A stretch of DNA of 64,000 nucleotides, taken from the NCBI RefSeq assembly GCF_009914755.1, contig NC_060933.1. The stretch is one strand, 5' to 3'. The DNA comes from the human T2T-CHM13v2.0 reference genome, Homo sapiens. The position numbers and the translations under genes were made by a program. Positions 41,661 to 56,600 of this stretch are shown piece after piece. The notes under the pieces are model-generated. The model searched no databases and was not told the origin of the DNA. It saw nothing but the letters and a program-made list of their open reading frames with translations. Position 1 is the stretch's first letter. Each line of letters starts with the position of its first letter.

Positions 41661-44600
41661 CGGAAGATTCCATTCCATTGCATTCCATTCCATTCCATTC
41701 CCCTGCACACGCGTTGATTCTATTCCGTTCCATTCCATTCCATTCCATTCCGTTCCGTTCCGTTCCGTTCCATTCCATTCCATTCCATTCCATTCCGTTC
41801 CGTTCCATTCCATTCCATTCCATTCTATTCGGGTTAATTCCATTCCATTCCATTCGATTGCAATCGTGTTGATTCCATTCCATTCCATTCCATTCCATTC
41901 CATTCCATTCCTTTCCATTCCATTACGGATGATTCCATTCCATTGCATTCCATTCCATTCCATTCCCCTGTACTCGGGTTGATTCCATTCCATTGCATTC
42001 CAATCCATGCCCTTCCACTCGTGTTGATTCAATTCTTTCCATTCCATTCAAGTTGAATCCATTCCATTGCATTCCATTCCATTCGATTCCATTCGATTGC
42101 ACTCGGGTTGATTCCATTCCATTGCATTCCATTCCATTCCATTCCATTCCATTCCATTCCGTTTCATTCCATTCCATTACATTCGGATTGATTCTATTCA
42201 ATTCCCTTACACTCCATTACATTCCATTCCATTCGGGTAGTTTCCATTCCATTCCATTCCATTCCTCTCCATTCCATTGCACTCGGGTTGATTCCATTCC
42301 ATTGCATTCCATTCCATTCCATTCAATTCCATTCCGTTCCATTCCATTCCATTACATTCGGATTGATTCTATTCATCTCCCTTAGTCTCCATTACATTCC
42401 ATTCCATTCGGGTTGTTCCATTCCATTCCATTCCATTCCACTCCATTCCATTGCACTGGGGTTGATTCCATTCCATTCCATTCCATTCCATTCCATTCCA
42501 TTCCATTCCGGAAGATTCCATTCCATTGCATTCCATTCCATTCCATTCCCCTGCACTCGCGTTGATTCCATTGCATTCCATTCCATTCCATTCCATTCCA
42601 TTCCATTCCATTCCATTCCTATCCATTCCATTACGGATGATTCCATTCCATTGCATTCCATTCCATTCCATTCCCCTGTACTCGGGTTGATTCCATTCCA
42701 TTCCATTCCAATCCATGCCATTCCACTCGTGTTGATTCCATTCTTTCCATGCCATTCAAGTTGAATCCATTCCATTGCATTCCATTCCATTCCATTCCCC
42801 TGCAGTCGGGTTGATTCCATTCCATTCCATTCCATTCCATTCCATTCCATTCCATTCCATTCCATTCCGTTCCGTTCCGTTCCATTGCATTCCATTCCTT
42901 TCTACTCGGGTTAATTCCATTCCATTCCATTCCATTCCATTCCATTCCAATCGAGTTGATTCCATTCCATTCCATTCCATTCCATTCCGTTCCACTCCAT
43001 TCCAGTCCTTTCCATTCCATTCCACTCGGGTTGATTCCAATGTATTCCTTTCCATTCCATTCCATTCCATTGCAATCGAGTTGATTCCATTGCTTTGCAT
43101 TCCATTCCATTCCATTCCATTCCGGATGATTCCATTCCATTGCATTCCATTCCATTCCATTCCCCTGCACTCGGGTTGATTCCATTCCATTCCACTCCAT
43201 TCCGTTCCATTCCATTCCATTCCATTGTATTCGGGTTAATTCCATTCCATTCCATTCCATTCCATTCCATTACAATCGAGTTGATTCCATTCCATTCCAT
43301 TCCATTCCAGTCCTTTCCATTCCATTCCACTCGGGTTGATTCCATTCTATTAGTTTCCATTACATTCCATTCCCTTCCATTCCACTATGGTTGATTCCAT
43401 TCCTTTCCATTCCACTCGAATACATTCCTTCCTATTCCACTCGGAACGATTCCATTCCATTCCATTCCATTCCATTCCATTCCATTCCATTCCATTCCAT
43501 TCCATTTCATTCCATTGCAATCCATTCCAATCCATTCCATTCCATTCCACTCGAGTTGATTTCATTCCATCTCTTTCCATTCCATTCCTTTCCTTTCCAT
43601 TCGACTTGATTCCATTCCATTCCATTCCATTGCGTTCCATTCCATGCCATTCCACTCGGGTTGATTCCATTCCTTTGCATTCCATTCCATTCCATTCCAT
43701 TCCATTCCATTCCATTCCGTTGCATTCCATTCCATTACATTCCGATTGATTCTATTCAACTCCCTTACTCTCCATTACATTCCATTCCATTCGGGTTGTT
43801 CCATTCCATTCCATTCCATTCCACTCCATTCCATTGCACTCGGGTTGATTCCATTCCATTCCATTCCATTCCATTCCATTCCGGATGATTCCATTCCATT
43901 GCATTCCGTTCCATTACATTCCCCTGCACTCGCGTTGATTCCATTCCATTCCATTCAATTCCATTCCATTACAATTCGTTCCATTCCATTCTATTCCGTA
44001 CCATTCCATTCCATTCCATACCATTCCATTCCATTCCATTCCATTCCATTCCGTTCCATTCCGTTCCATTCCATTCCATTCCATTCTATTCGGGTTAATT
44101 CCATTCCATTCCATTCCATTCCATTCTATTCCATTCCATTGCAATCGAGTTGAATCCATTGCATTTCATTCCATTCCATTCCATTCCATTCCGGAAGATT
44201 CCATTCCATTGCATTCCATTCCATTGCATTCCCCTGCACTCGCATTGATTCCATTCCATTCCATTCCGTTGCATTCCATTCCTTTCCATTCCTTTCCGTT
44301 CCATTCCATTCCACTCCATTCCATTCCGTTCCGTTCCATTCCATTCCATTCCATTCTATTCGGGTTAATTCCATTCCATTCCATTCGATTGCAATCGAGT
44401 TGATTCCATTGCATTCCATTCCATTCCATTCCATTCCAGTCCTTTCCCTTCCTTTCCATTCCATTACTGATGATTCCGTTCCATTGCATTCCATTCCATT
44501 CCATTCCCCTGTACTCGGGTTGATTCCATTCCATTCCATTCCAATCCATGCCATTCCACTCGTGTTGATTCCATTCTTTCCTTTCCATTCAAGTTGAATC

Positions 44601-47600
44601 CATTCCATTGCATTCCATTCCATTTGATTCCATTCGATTGCACTCGGGTTGATTCCATTCCATTGCATTCCATTCCATTCCATTCCATTCCATTCCATTC
44701 CCTTCCATTCCACTCTGGTTGATTCCATTCTTTTCCATTCCACTCGAATACATTCCCTCCTATTCCAGTCGGAACGATTCCATTCCATTCCATTCCATTC
44801 CATTCCATTCCATTCCATTCCATTCCATTTCGTTACATTCCATTCTATTCCATATCATTCCATTCCATTCCATTCCATTCCATTCCATTCCATTCCATTC
44901 CATTCCATTGTACTCAGGTTGATTCCATTCCATTGCATTCCATTCCATTCCATTCCATTCCACTCCGTTGCATTCCATTCCATTACATTCGGACTGATTC
45001 TATTCAACTCCCTTACTCTCCATTACATTCCATTCCATTCAGGTTGTTCCATTCCATTCCATTCCATTCCATTCCATTCCATTCCATTCCACTCCATTCC
45101 AGTCCTTTCCATTCCATTGCACTCGGGTTGATTCCATTCCATTCCATTCCATTGCATTCCATTTCGGATGATTCCATTCCATTGCATTCCGTTCCATTAC
45201 ATTCCCCTGCACTCGGGTTGATTCCATTCCATTCCATTCCATTCCATTCGATTCCATTCCATTCCCCTGCACTCGCGTTGATTCCATTCCATTCCATTCC
45301 ATTCCATTCCATTCCATTCCATTCCTTTCCATTCCAGTCCTTTCCATTCCATTCCACTCGGGTTGATTCCATTCTATTAGTTTCCATTCCATTCCATTCC
45401 CTTCCATTCCACTCTGGTTGATTCCATTCCTTTCCATTCCACTCGAATACATTCCCTCCTATTCCTCTTGGAACGATTCCATTCCATTCCATTCCATTCC
45501 ATTCCATTCCATTCCATTTCGTTCCATTCCATTCTATTCCGTATCATTCCATTCCATTCCATTCCATTCCATTCCATTCCACTCGTGTTGATTTCATTCC
45601 TTTCCATTCCATTCGGTTTGAAGGCATTCCATTCCATTCCATTCCATTCCATTCCATTCCAGTCCATTCCATTCCATTGTACTCGGGTTGATTCCATTCC
45701 ATTGCATTCCATTCCATTCCATTCCGTTGCATTCCATTCCATTACATTCGGATTGATTCTATTCAACTCCCTTACTCTCCATTACATTCCATTCCATTCG
45801 GGTTGTTCCATTCCATTCCATTCCATTCCACTCCATTCCATTGCACTCGGATTGATTCCATTCCATTCCATTCCATTCAATTCCATTCCATTCCGGATGA
45901 TTCCATTCCATTGCATTCCTTTCCGTTACATTCCCCTGCACTCGGGTTGATTCCATTCCTTTCCATTCCATTCCATTCGATTCCATTCCATTCCAATTCT
46001 TTCCATTCCATTCTATTCCGTACCATTCCATTCCATTCCATACAATTCCATTCCATTCCATTCCACTCCGTTCCGTTCCGTTCCGTTCCGTTCCTTTCCA
46101 TTCCATTCCATTCCATTCTATTCGGTTTAATTCCATTCCATTCCATTCCATTCCATTCCATTCCATTCTATTCCATTCCATTGCAATCGAGTTGAATCCA
46201 TTGCATTCCATTCCATTCCATTCCATTCCATTCCGGAAGATTCCATTCCATTGCATTCCATTCCATTCCATTCCATTCCATTCCATTCCCTTCCATTCCA
46301 TAGTACTCGGGTTGATTCCATTCCATTGCATACCATTCCATTCCATTCCATTTCATTCCATTCCGTTCCATTCCATTCCATTACATTCGGATTGATTCTT
46401 TTTAACTCCCTTACTCTCCATTACTTTCCATTCCATTCGGGTTGTTCCATTCCATTCCATTCCATTCCACTCCATTCCATTGCACTCGGGTTGATTCCAT
46501 TCCATTCCATTCCATTCATTACGGATGATTCCATTCCATTGCATTCCGTTCCATTACATTCCCCTGCACTCGGGTTGATTCCATTCCATTCCATTCCATT
46601 CCATTCGATTCCATTGCATTCCCCTGCACTCGCGTTGATTCCATTCCATTCAATTCCATTGCATTCCATTCCATTCCATTCCTTTCCATTCCAGTCTTTT
46701 CCATTCCATTCCACTCGGGTTGATTCCATTCTATTAGTTTCCATTCCATTCCATTCCCTTCCATTCCACTCTGGTTGATTCCATTCCTTTCCATTCCACT
46801 CGAATACATTCCCTCCTATTCCACTCGGAACAATTCCATTCCATTCAATTCCATTCCATTTCGTTCCATTCCATTCTATTCCGTAACATTCCATTCCATT
46901 CCATTCCATTCCATTCCATTCCATTGTACTCGGGTTGATTCCATTCCATTGCATTCCATTCCATTCCATTCCATTCCATTCCATTCCGTTGCATTCCATT
47001 CCATTACATTCGGATTGATTCTATTCAACTCCCTTACTCTCCATTACATTCCATTCCATTTGGGTTGTTCCATTCCATTCCATTCCATTCCACTCCATTC
47101 CATTGCACTCGGGTTGATTCCATTCCATTCCATTCCATTCCATTCCATTCCATTCCGGATGATTCCATTCCATTGCATTCCGTTCCATTACATTCCCCTG
47201 CACTCGTGTTGATTCCATTCCATTCCATTCCATTCCATTCAATTCCATTCCATTACAATTCGTTCCATTCCATTCTATTCCGTACCATTCCATTCCATTC
47301 CATACCATTCCATTCCATTCCATTCCATTCCATTCCGTTCCATTCCGTTCCATTCCATTCCATTTCATTCTATTCGGGTTAATTCCATTCCATTCCATTC
47401 CATTCCATTCCATTCCATTCTATTCCATTCCATTGCAATCGAGTTGAATCAATTGCATTTCATTCCATTCCATTCCATTCCATTCCATTCCGGAAGATTC
47501 CATTCCATTGCATTCCATTCCATTCCATTCCCCTGCACACGCGTTGATTCTATTCCGTTCCATTCCATTCCATTCCATTCCGTTCCGTTCCGTTCCGTTC

Positions 47601-50600
47601 CATTCCATTCCATTCCATTCCATTCCGTTCCGTTCCATTCCATTCCATTCCATTCTATTCGGGTTAATTCCATTCCATTCCATTCGATTGCAATCGTGTT
47701 GATTCCATTCCATTCCATTCCATTCCATTCCATTCCATTCCTTTCCATTCCATTACGGATGATTCCATTCCATTGCATTCCATTCCATTCCATTCCCCTG
47801 TACTCGGGTTGATTCCATTCCATTGCATTCCAATCCATGCCCTTCCACTCGTGTTGATTCAATTCTTTCCATTCCATTCAAGTTGAATCCATTCCATTGC
47901 ATTCCATTCCATTCGATTCCATTCGATTGCACTCGGGTTGATTCCATTCCATTGCATTCCATTCCATTCCATTCCATTCCATTCCATTCCGTTTCATTCC
48001 ATTCCATTACATTCGGATTGATTCTATTCAATTCCCTTACACTCCATTACATTCCATTCCATTCGGGTAGTTTCCATTCCATTCCATTCCATTCCTCTCC
48101 ATTCCATTGCACTCGGGTTGATTCCATTCCATTGCATTCCATTCCATTCCATTCAATTCCATTCCGTTCCATTCCATTCCATTACATTCGGATTGATTCT
48201 ATTCATCTCCCTTAGTCTCCATTACATTCCATTCCATTCGGGTTGTTCCATTCCATTCCATTCCATTCCACTCCATTCCATTGCACTGGGGTTGATTCCA
48301 TTCCATTCCATTCCATTCCATTCCATTCCATTCCATTCCATTCCGGAAGATTCCATTCCATTGCATTCCATTCCATTCCATTCCCCTGCACTCGCGTTGA
48401 TTCCATTGCATTCCATTCCATTCCATTCCATTCCATTCCATTCCATTCCATTCCTATCCATTCCATTACGGATGATTCCATTCCATTGCATTCCATTCCA
48501 TTCCATTCCCCTGTACTCGGGTTGATTCCATTCCATTCCATTCCAATCCATGCCATTCCACTCGTGTTGATTCCATTCTTTCCATGCCATTCAAGTTGAA
48601 TCCATTCCATTGCATTCCATTCCATTCCATTCCCCTGCAGTCGGGTTGATTCCATTCCATTCCATTCCATTCCATTCCATTCCATTCCATTCCATTCCAT
48701 TCCGTTCCGTTCCGTTCCATTGCATTCCATTCCTTTCTACTCGGGTTAATTCCATTCCATTCCATTCCATTCCATTCCATTCCAATCGAGTTGATTCCAT
48801 TCCATTCCATTCCATTCCATTCCGTTCCACTCCATTCCAGTCCTTTCCATTCCATTCCACTCGGGTTGATTCCAATGTATTCCTTTCCATTCCATTCCAT
48901 TCCATTGCAATCGAGTTGATTCCATTGCTTTGCATTCCATTCCATTCCATTCCATTCCGGATGATTCCATTCCATTGCATTCCATTCCATTCCATTCCCC
49001 TGCACTCGGGTTGATTCCATTCCATTCCACTCCATTCCGTTCCATTCCATTCCATTCCATTGTATTCGGGTTAATTCCATTCCATTCCATTCCATTCCAT
49101 TCCATTACAATCGAGTTGATTCCATTCCATTCCATTCCATTCCAGTCCTTTCCATTCCATTCCACTCGGGTTGATTCCATTCTATTAGTTTCCATTACAT
49201 TCCATTCCCTTCCATTCCACTATGGTTGATTCCATTCCTTTCCATTCCACTCGAATACATTCCTTCCTATTCCACTCGGAACGATTCCATTCCATTCCAT
49301 TCCATTCCATTCCATTCCATTCCATTCCATTCCATTTCATTCCATTGCAATCCATTCCAATCCATTCCATTCCATTCCACTCGAGTTGATTTCATTCCAT
49401 CTCTTTCCATTCCATTCCTTTCCTTTCCATTCGACTTGATTCCATTCCATTCCATTCCATTGCGTTCCATTCCATGCCATTCCACTCGGGTTGATTCCAT
49501 TCCTTTGCATTCCATTCCATTCCATTCCATTCCATTCCATTCCATTCCGTTGCATTCCATTCCATTACATTCCGATTGATTCTATTCAACTCCCTTACTC
49601 TCCATTACATTCCATTCCATTCGGGTTGTTCCATTCCATTCCATTCCATTCCACTCCATTCCATTGCACTCGGGTTGATTCCATTCCATTCCATTCCATT
49701 CCATTCCATTCCGGATGATTCCATTCCATTGCATTCCGTTCCATTACATTCCCCTGCACTCGCGTTGATTCCATTCCATTCCATTCAATTCCATTCCATT
49801 ACAATTCGTTCCATTCCATTCTATTCCGTACCATTCCATTCCATTCCATACCATTCCATTCCATTCCATTCCATTCCATTCCGTTCCATTCCGTTCCATT
49901 CCATTCCATTCCATTCTATTCGGGTTAATTCCATTCCATTCCATTCCATTCCATTCTATTCCATTCCATTGCAATCGAGTTGAATCCATTGCATTTCATT
50001 CCATTCCATTCCATTCCATTCCGGAAGATTCCATTCCATTGCATTCCATTCCATTCCATTCCCCTGCACTCGCATTGATTCCATTCCATTCCATTCCGTT
50101 GCATTCCATTCCTTTCCATTCCTTTCCGTTCCATTCCATTCCACTCCATTCCATTCCGTTCCGTTCCATTCCATTCCATTCCATTCTATTCGGGTTAATT
50201 CCATTCCATTCCATTCGATTGCAATCGAGTTGATTCCATTGCATTCCATTCCATTCCATTCCATTCCAGTCCTTTCCCTTCCTTTCCATTCCATTACTGA
50301 TGATTCCGTTCCATTGCATTCCATTCCATTCCATTCCCCTGTACTCGGGTTGATTCCATTCCATTCCATTCCAATCCATGCCATTCCACTCGTGTTGATT
50401 CCATTCTTTCCTTTCCATTCAAGTTGAATCCATTCCATTGCATTCCATTCCATTTGATTCCATTCGATTGCACTCGGGTTGATTCCATTCCATTGCATTC
50501 CATTCCATTCCATTCCATTCCATTCCATTCCCTTCCATTCCACTCTGGTTGATTCCATTCTTTTCCATTCCACTCGAATACATTCCCTCCTATTCCAGTC

Positions 50601-53600
50601 GGAACGATTCCATTCCATTCCATTCCATTCCATTCCATTCCATTCCATTCCATTCCATTCCATTTCGTTACATTCCATTCTATTCCATATCATTCCATTC
50701 CATTCCATTCCATTCCATTCCATTCCATTCCATTCCATTCCATTGTACTCAGGTTGATTCCATTCCATTGCATTCCATTCCATTCCATTCCATTCCACTC
50801 CGTTGCATTCCATTCCATTACATTCGGACTGATTCTATTCAACTCCCTTACTCTCCATTACATTCCATTCCATTCAGGTTGTTCCATTCCATTCCATTCC
50901 ATTCCATTCCATTCCATTCCATTCCACTCCATTCCAGTCCTTTCCATTCCATTGCACTCGGGTTGATTCCATTCCATTCCATTCCATTGCATTCCATTTC
51001 GGATGATTCCATTCCATTGCATTCCGTTCCATTACATTCCCCTGCACTCGGGTTGATTCCATTCCATTCCATTCCATTCCATTCGATTCCATTCCATTCC
51101 CCTGCACTCGCGTTGATTCCATTCCATTCCATTCCATTCCATTCCATTCCATTCCATTCCTTTCCATTCCAGTCCTTTCCATTCCATTCCACTCGGGTTG
51201 ATTCCATTCTATTAGTTTCCATTCCATTCCATTCCCTTCCATTCCACTCTGGTTGATTCCATTCCTTTCCATTCCACTCGAATACATTCCCTCCTATTCC
51301 TCTTGGAACGATTCCATTCCATTCCATTCCATTCCATTCCATTCCATTCCATTTCGTTCCATTCCATTCTATTCCGTATCATTCCATTCCATTCCATTCC
51401 ATTCCATTCCATTCCACTCGTGTTGATTTCATTCCTTTCCATTCCATTCGGTTTGAAGGCATTCCATTCCATTCCATTCCATTCCATTCCATTCCAGTCC
51501 ATTCCATTCCATTGTACTCGGGTTGATTCCATTCCATTGCATTCCATTCCATTCCATTCCGTTGCATTCCATTCCATTACATTCGGATTGATTCTATTCA
51601 ACTCCCTTACTCTCCATTACATTCCATTCCATTCGGGTTGTTCCATTCCATTCCATTCCATTCCACTCCATTCCATTGCACTCGGATTGATTCCATTCCA
51701 TTCCATTCCATTCAATTCCATTCCATTCCGGATGATTCCATTCCATTGCATTCCTTTCCGTTACATTCCCCTGCACTCGGGTTGATTCCATTCCTTTCCA
51801 TTCCATTCCATTCGATTCCATTCCATTCCAATTCTTTCCATTCCATTCTATTCCGTACCATTCCATTCCATTCCATACAATTCCATTCCATTCCATTCCA
51901 CTCCGTTCCGTTCCGTTCCGTTCCGTTCCTTTCCATTCCATTCCATTCCATTCTATTCGGTTTAATTCCATTCCATTCCATTCCATTCCATTCCATTCCA
52001 TTCTATTCCATTCCATTGCAATCGAGTTGAATCCATTGCATTCCATTCCATTCCATTCCATTCCATTCCGGAAGATTCCATTCCATTGCATTCCATTCCA
52101 TTCCATTCCATTCCATTCCATTCCCTTCCATTCCATAGTACTCGGGTTGATTCCATTCCATTGCATACCATTCCATTCCATTCCATTTCATTCCATTCCG
52201 TTCCATTCCATTCCATTACATTCGGATTGATTCTTTTTAACTCCCTTACTCTCCATTACTTTCCATTCCATTCGGGTTGTTCCATTCCATTCCATTCCAT
52301 TCCACTCCATTCCATTGCACTCGGGTTGATTCCATTCCATTCCATTCCATTCATTACGGATGATTCCATTCCATTGCATTCCGTTCCATTACATTCCCCT
52401 GCACTCGGGTTGATTCCATTCCATTCCATTCCATTCCATTCGATTCCATTGCATTCCCCTGCACTCGCGTTGATTCCATTCCATTCAATTCCATTGCATT
52501 CCATTCCATTCCATTCCTTTCCATTCCAGTCTTTTCCATTCCATTCCACTCGGGTTGATTCCATTCTATTAGTTTCCATTCCATTCCATTCCCTTCCATT
52601 CCACTCTGGTTGATTCCATTCCTTTCCATTCCACTCGAATACATTCCCTCCTATTCCACTCGGAACAATTCCATTCCATTCAATTCCATTCCATTTCGTT
52701 CCATTCCATTCTATTCCGTAACATTCCATTCCATTCCATTCCATTCCATTCCATTCCATTGTACTCGGGTTGATTCCATTCCATTGCATTCCATTCCATT
52801 CCATTCCATTCCATTCCATTCCGTTGCATTCCATTCCATTACATTCGGATTGATTCTATTCAACTCCCTTACTCTCCATTACATTCCATTCCATTTGGGT
52901 TGTTCCATTCCATTCCATTCCATTCCACTCCATTCCATTGCACTCGGGTTGATTCCATTCCATTCCATTCCATTCCATTCCATTCCATTCCGGATGATTC
53001 CATTCCATTGCATTCCGTTCCATTACATTCCCCTGCACTCGTGTTGATTCCATTCCATTCCATTCCATTCCATTCAATTCCATTCCATTACAATTCGTTC
53101 CATTCCATTCTATTCCGTACCATTCCATTCCATTCCATACCATTCCATTCCATTCCATTCCATTCCATTCCGTTCCATTCCGTTCCATTCCATTCCATTT
53201 CATTCTATTCGGGTTAATTCCATTCCATTCCATTCCATTCCATTCCATTCCATTCTATTCCATTCCATTGCAATCGAGTTGAATCAATTGCATTTCATTC
53301 CATTCCATTCCATTCCATTCCATTCCGGAAGATTCCATTCCATTGCATTCCATTCCATTCCATTCCCCTGCACACGCGTTGATTCTATTCCGTTCCATTC
53401 CATTCCATTCCATTCCGTTCCGTTCCGTTCCGTTCCATTCCATTCCATTCCATTCCATTCCGTTCCGTTCCATTCCATTCCATTCCATTCTATTCGGGTT
53501 AATTCCATTCCATTCCATTCGATTGCAATCGTGTTGATTCCATTCCATTCCATTCCATTCCATTCCATTCCATTCCTTTCCATTCCATTACGGATGATTC

Positions 53601-56600
53601 CATTCCATTGCATTCCATTCCATTCCATTCCCCTGTACTCGGGTTGATTCCATTCCATTGCATTCCAATCCATGCCCTTCCACTCGTGTTGATTCAATTC
53701 TTTCCATTCCATTCAAGTTGAATCCATTCCATTGCATTCCATTCCATTCGATTCCATTCGATTGCACTCGGGTTGATTCCATTCCATTGCATTCCATTCC
53801 ATTCCATTCCATTCCATTCCATTCCGTTTCATTCCATTCCATTACATTCGGATTGATTCTATTCAATTCCCTTACACTCCATTACATTCCATTCCATTCG
53901 GGTAGTTTCCATTCCATTCCATTCCATTCCTCTCCATTCCATTGCACTCGGGTTGATTCCATTCCATTGCATTCCATTCCATTCCATTCAATTCCATTCC
54001 GTTCCATTCCATTCCATTACATTCGGATTGATTCTATTCATCTCCCTTAGTCTCCATTACATTCCATTCCATTCGGGTTGTTCCATTCCATTCCATTCCA
54101 TTCCACTCCATTCCATTGCACTGGGGTTGATTCCATTCCATTCCATTCCATTCCATTCCATTCCATTCCATTCCGGAAGATTCCATTCCATTGCATTCCA
54201 TTCCATTCCATTCCCCTGCACTCGCGTTGATTCCATTGCATTCCATTCCATTCCATTCCATTCCATTCCATTCCATTCCATTCCATTCCTATCCATTCCA
54301 TTACGGATGATTCCATTCCATTGCATTCCATTCCATTCCATTCCCCTGTACTCGGGTTGATTCCATTCCATTCCATTCCAATCCATGCCATTCCACTCGT
54401 GTTGATTCCATTCTTTCCATGCCATTCAAGTTGAATCCATTCCATTGCATTCCATTCCATTCCATTCCCCTGCAGTCGGGTTGATTCCATTCCATTCCAT
54501 TCCATTCCATTCCATTCCATTCCATTCCATTCCATTCCATTCCGTTCCGTTCCGTTCCATTGCATTCCATTCCTTTCTACTCGGGTTAATTCCATTCCAT
54601 TCCATTCCATTCCATTCCATTCCAATCGAGTTGATTCCATTCCATTCCATTCCATTCCATTCCGTTCCACTCCATTCCAGTCCTTTCCATTCCATTCCAC
54701 TCGGGTTGATTCCAATGTATTCCTTTCCATTCCATTCCATTCCATTGCAATCGAGTTGATTCCATTGCTTTGCATTCCATTCCATTCCATTCCATTCCGG
54801 ATGATTCCATTCCATTGCATTCCATTCCATTCCATTCCCCTGCACTCGGGTTGATTCCATTCCATTCCACTCCATTCCGTTCCATTCCATTCCATTCCAT
54901 TGTATTCGGGTTAATTCCATTCCATTCCATTCCATTCCATTCCATTACAATCGAGTTGATTCCATTCCATTCCATTCCATTCCAGTCCTTTCCATTCCAT
55001 TCCACTCGGGTTGATTCCATTCTATTAGTTTCCATTACATTCCATTCCCTTCCATTCCACTATGGTTGATTCCATTCCTTTCCATTCCACTCGAATACAT
55101 TCCTTCCTATTCCACTCGGAACGATTCCATTCCATTCCATTCCATTCCATTCCATTCCATTCCATTCCATTCCATTCCATTTCATTCCATTGCAATCCAT
55201 TCCAATCCATTCCATTCCATTCCACTCGAGTTGATTTCATTCCATCTCTTTCCATTCCATTCCTTTCCTTTCCATTCGACTTGATTCCATTCCATTCCAT
55301 TCCATTGCGTTCCATTCCATGCCATTCCACTCGGGTTGATTCCATTCCTTTGCATTCCATTCCATTCCATTCCATTCCATTCCATTCCATTCCGTTGCAT
55401 TCCATTCCATTACATTCCGATTGATTCTATTCAACTCCCTTACTCTCCATTACATTCCATTCCATTCGGGTTGTTCCATTCCATTCCATTCCATTCCACT
55501 CCATTCCATTGCACTCGGGTTGATTCCATTCCATTCCATTCCATTCCATTCCATTCCGGATGATTCCATTCCATTGCATTCCGTTCCATTACATTCCCCT
55601 GCACTCGCGTTGATTCCATTCCATTCCATTCAATTCCATTCCATTACAATTCGTTCCATTCCATTCTATTCCGTACCATTCCATTCCATTCCATACCATT
55701 CCATTCCATTCCATTCCATTCCATTCCGTTCCATTCCGTTCCATTCCATTCCATTCCATTCTATTCGGGTTAATTCCATTCCATTCCATTCCATTCCATT
55801 CTATTCCATTCCATTGCAATCGAGTTGAATCCATTGCATTTCATTCCATTCCATTCCATTCCATTCCGGAAGATTCCATTCCATTGCATTCCATTCCATT
55901 CCATTCCCCTGCACTCGCATTGATTCCATTCCATTCCATTCCGTTGCATTCCATTCCTTTCCATTCCTTTCCGTTCCATTCCATTCCACTCCATTCCATT
56001 CCGTTCCGTTCCATTCCATTCCATTCCATTCTATTCGGGTTAATTCCATTCCATTCCATTCGATTGCAATCGAGTTGATTCCATTGCATTCCATTCCATT
56101 CCATTCCATTCCAGTCCTTTCCCTTCCTTTCCATTCCATTACTGATGATTCCGTTCCATTGCATTCCATTCCATTCCATTCCCCTGTACTCGGGTTGATT
56201 CCATTCCATTCCATTCCAATCCATGCCATTCCACTCGTGTTGATTCCATTCTTTCCTTTCCATTCAAGTTGAATCCATTCCATTGCATTCCATTCCATTT
56301 GATTCCATTCGATTGCACTCGGGTTGATTCCATTCCATTGCATTCCATTCCATTCCATTCCATTCCATTCCATTCCCTTCCATTCCACTCTGGTTGATTC
56401 CATTCTTTTCCATTCCACTCGAATACATTCCCTCCTATTCCAGTCGGAACGATTCCATTCCATTCCATTCCATTCCATTCCATTCCATTCCATTCCATTC
56501 CATTTCGTTACATTCCATTCTATTCCATATCATTCCATTCCATTCCATTCCATTCCATTCCATTCCATTCCATTCCATTCCATTGTACTCAGGTTGATTC

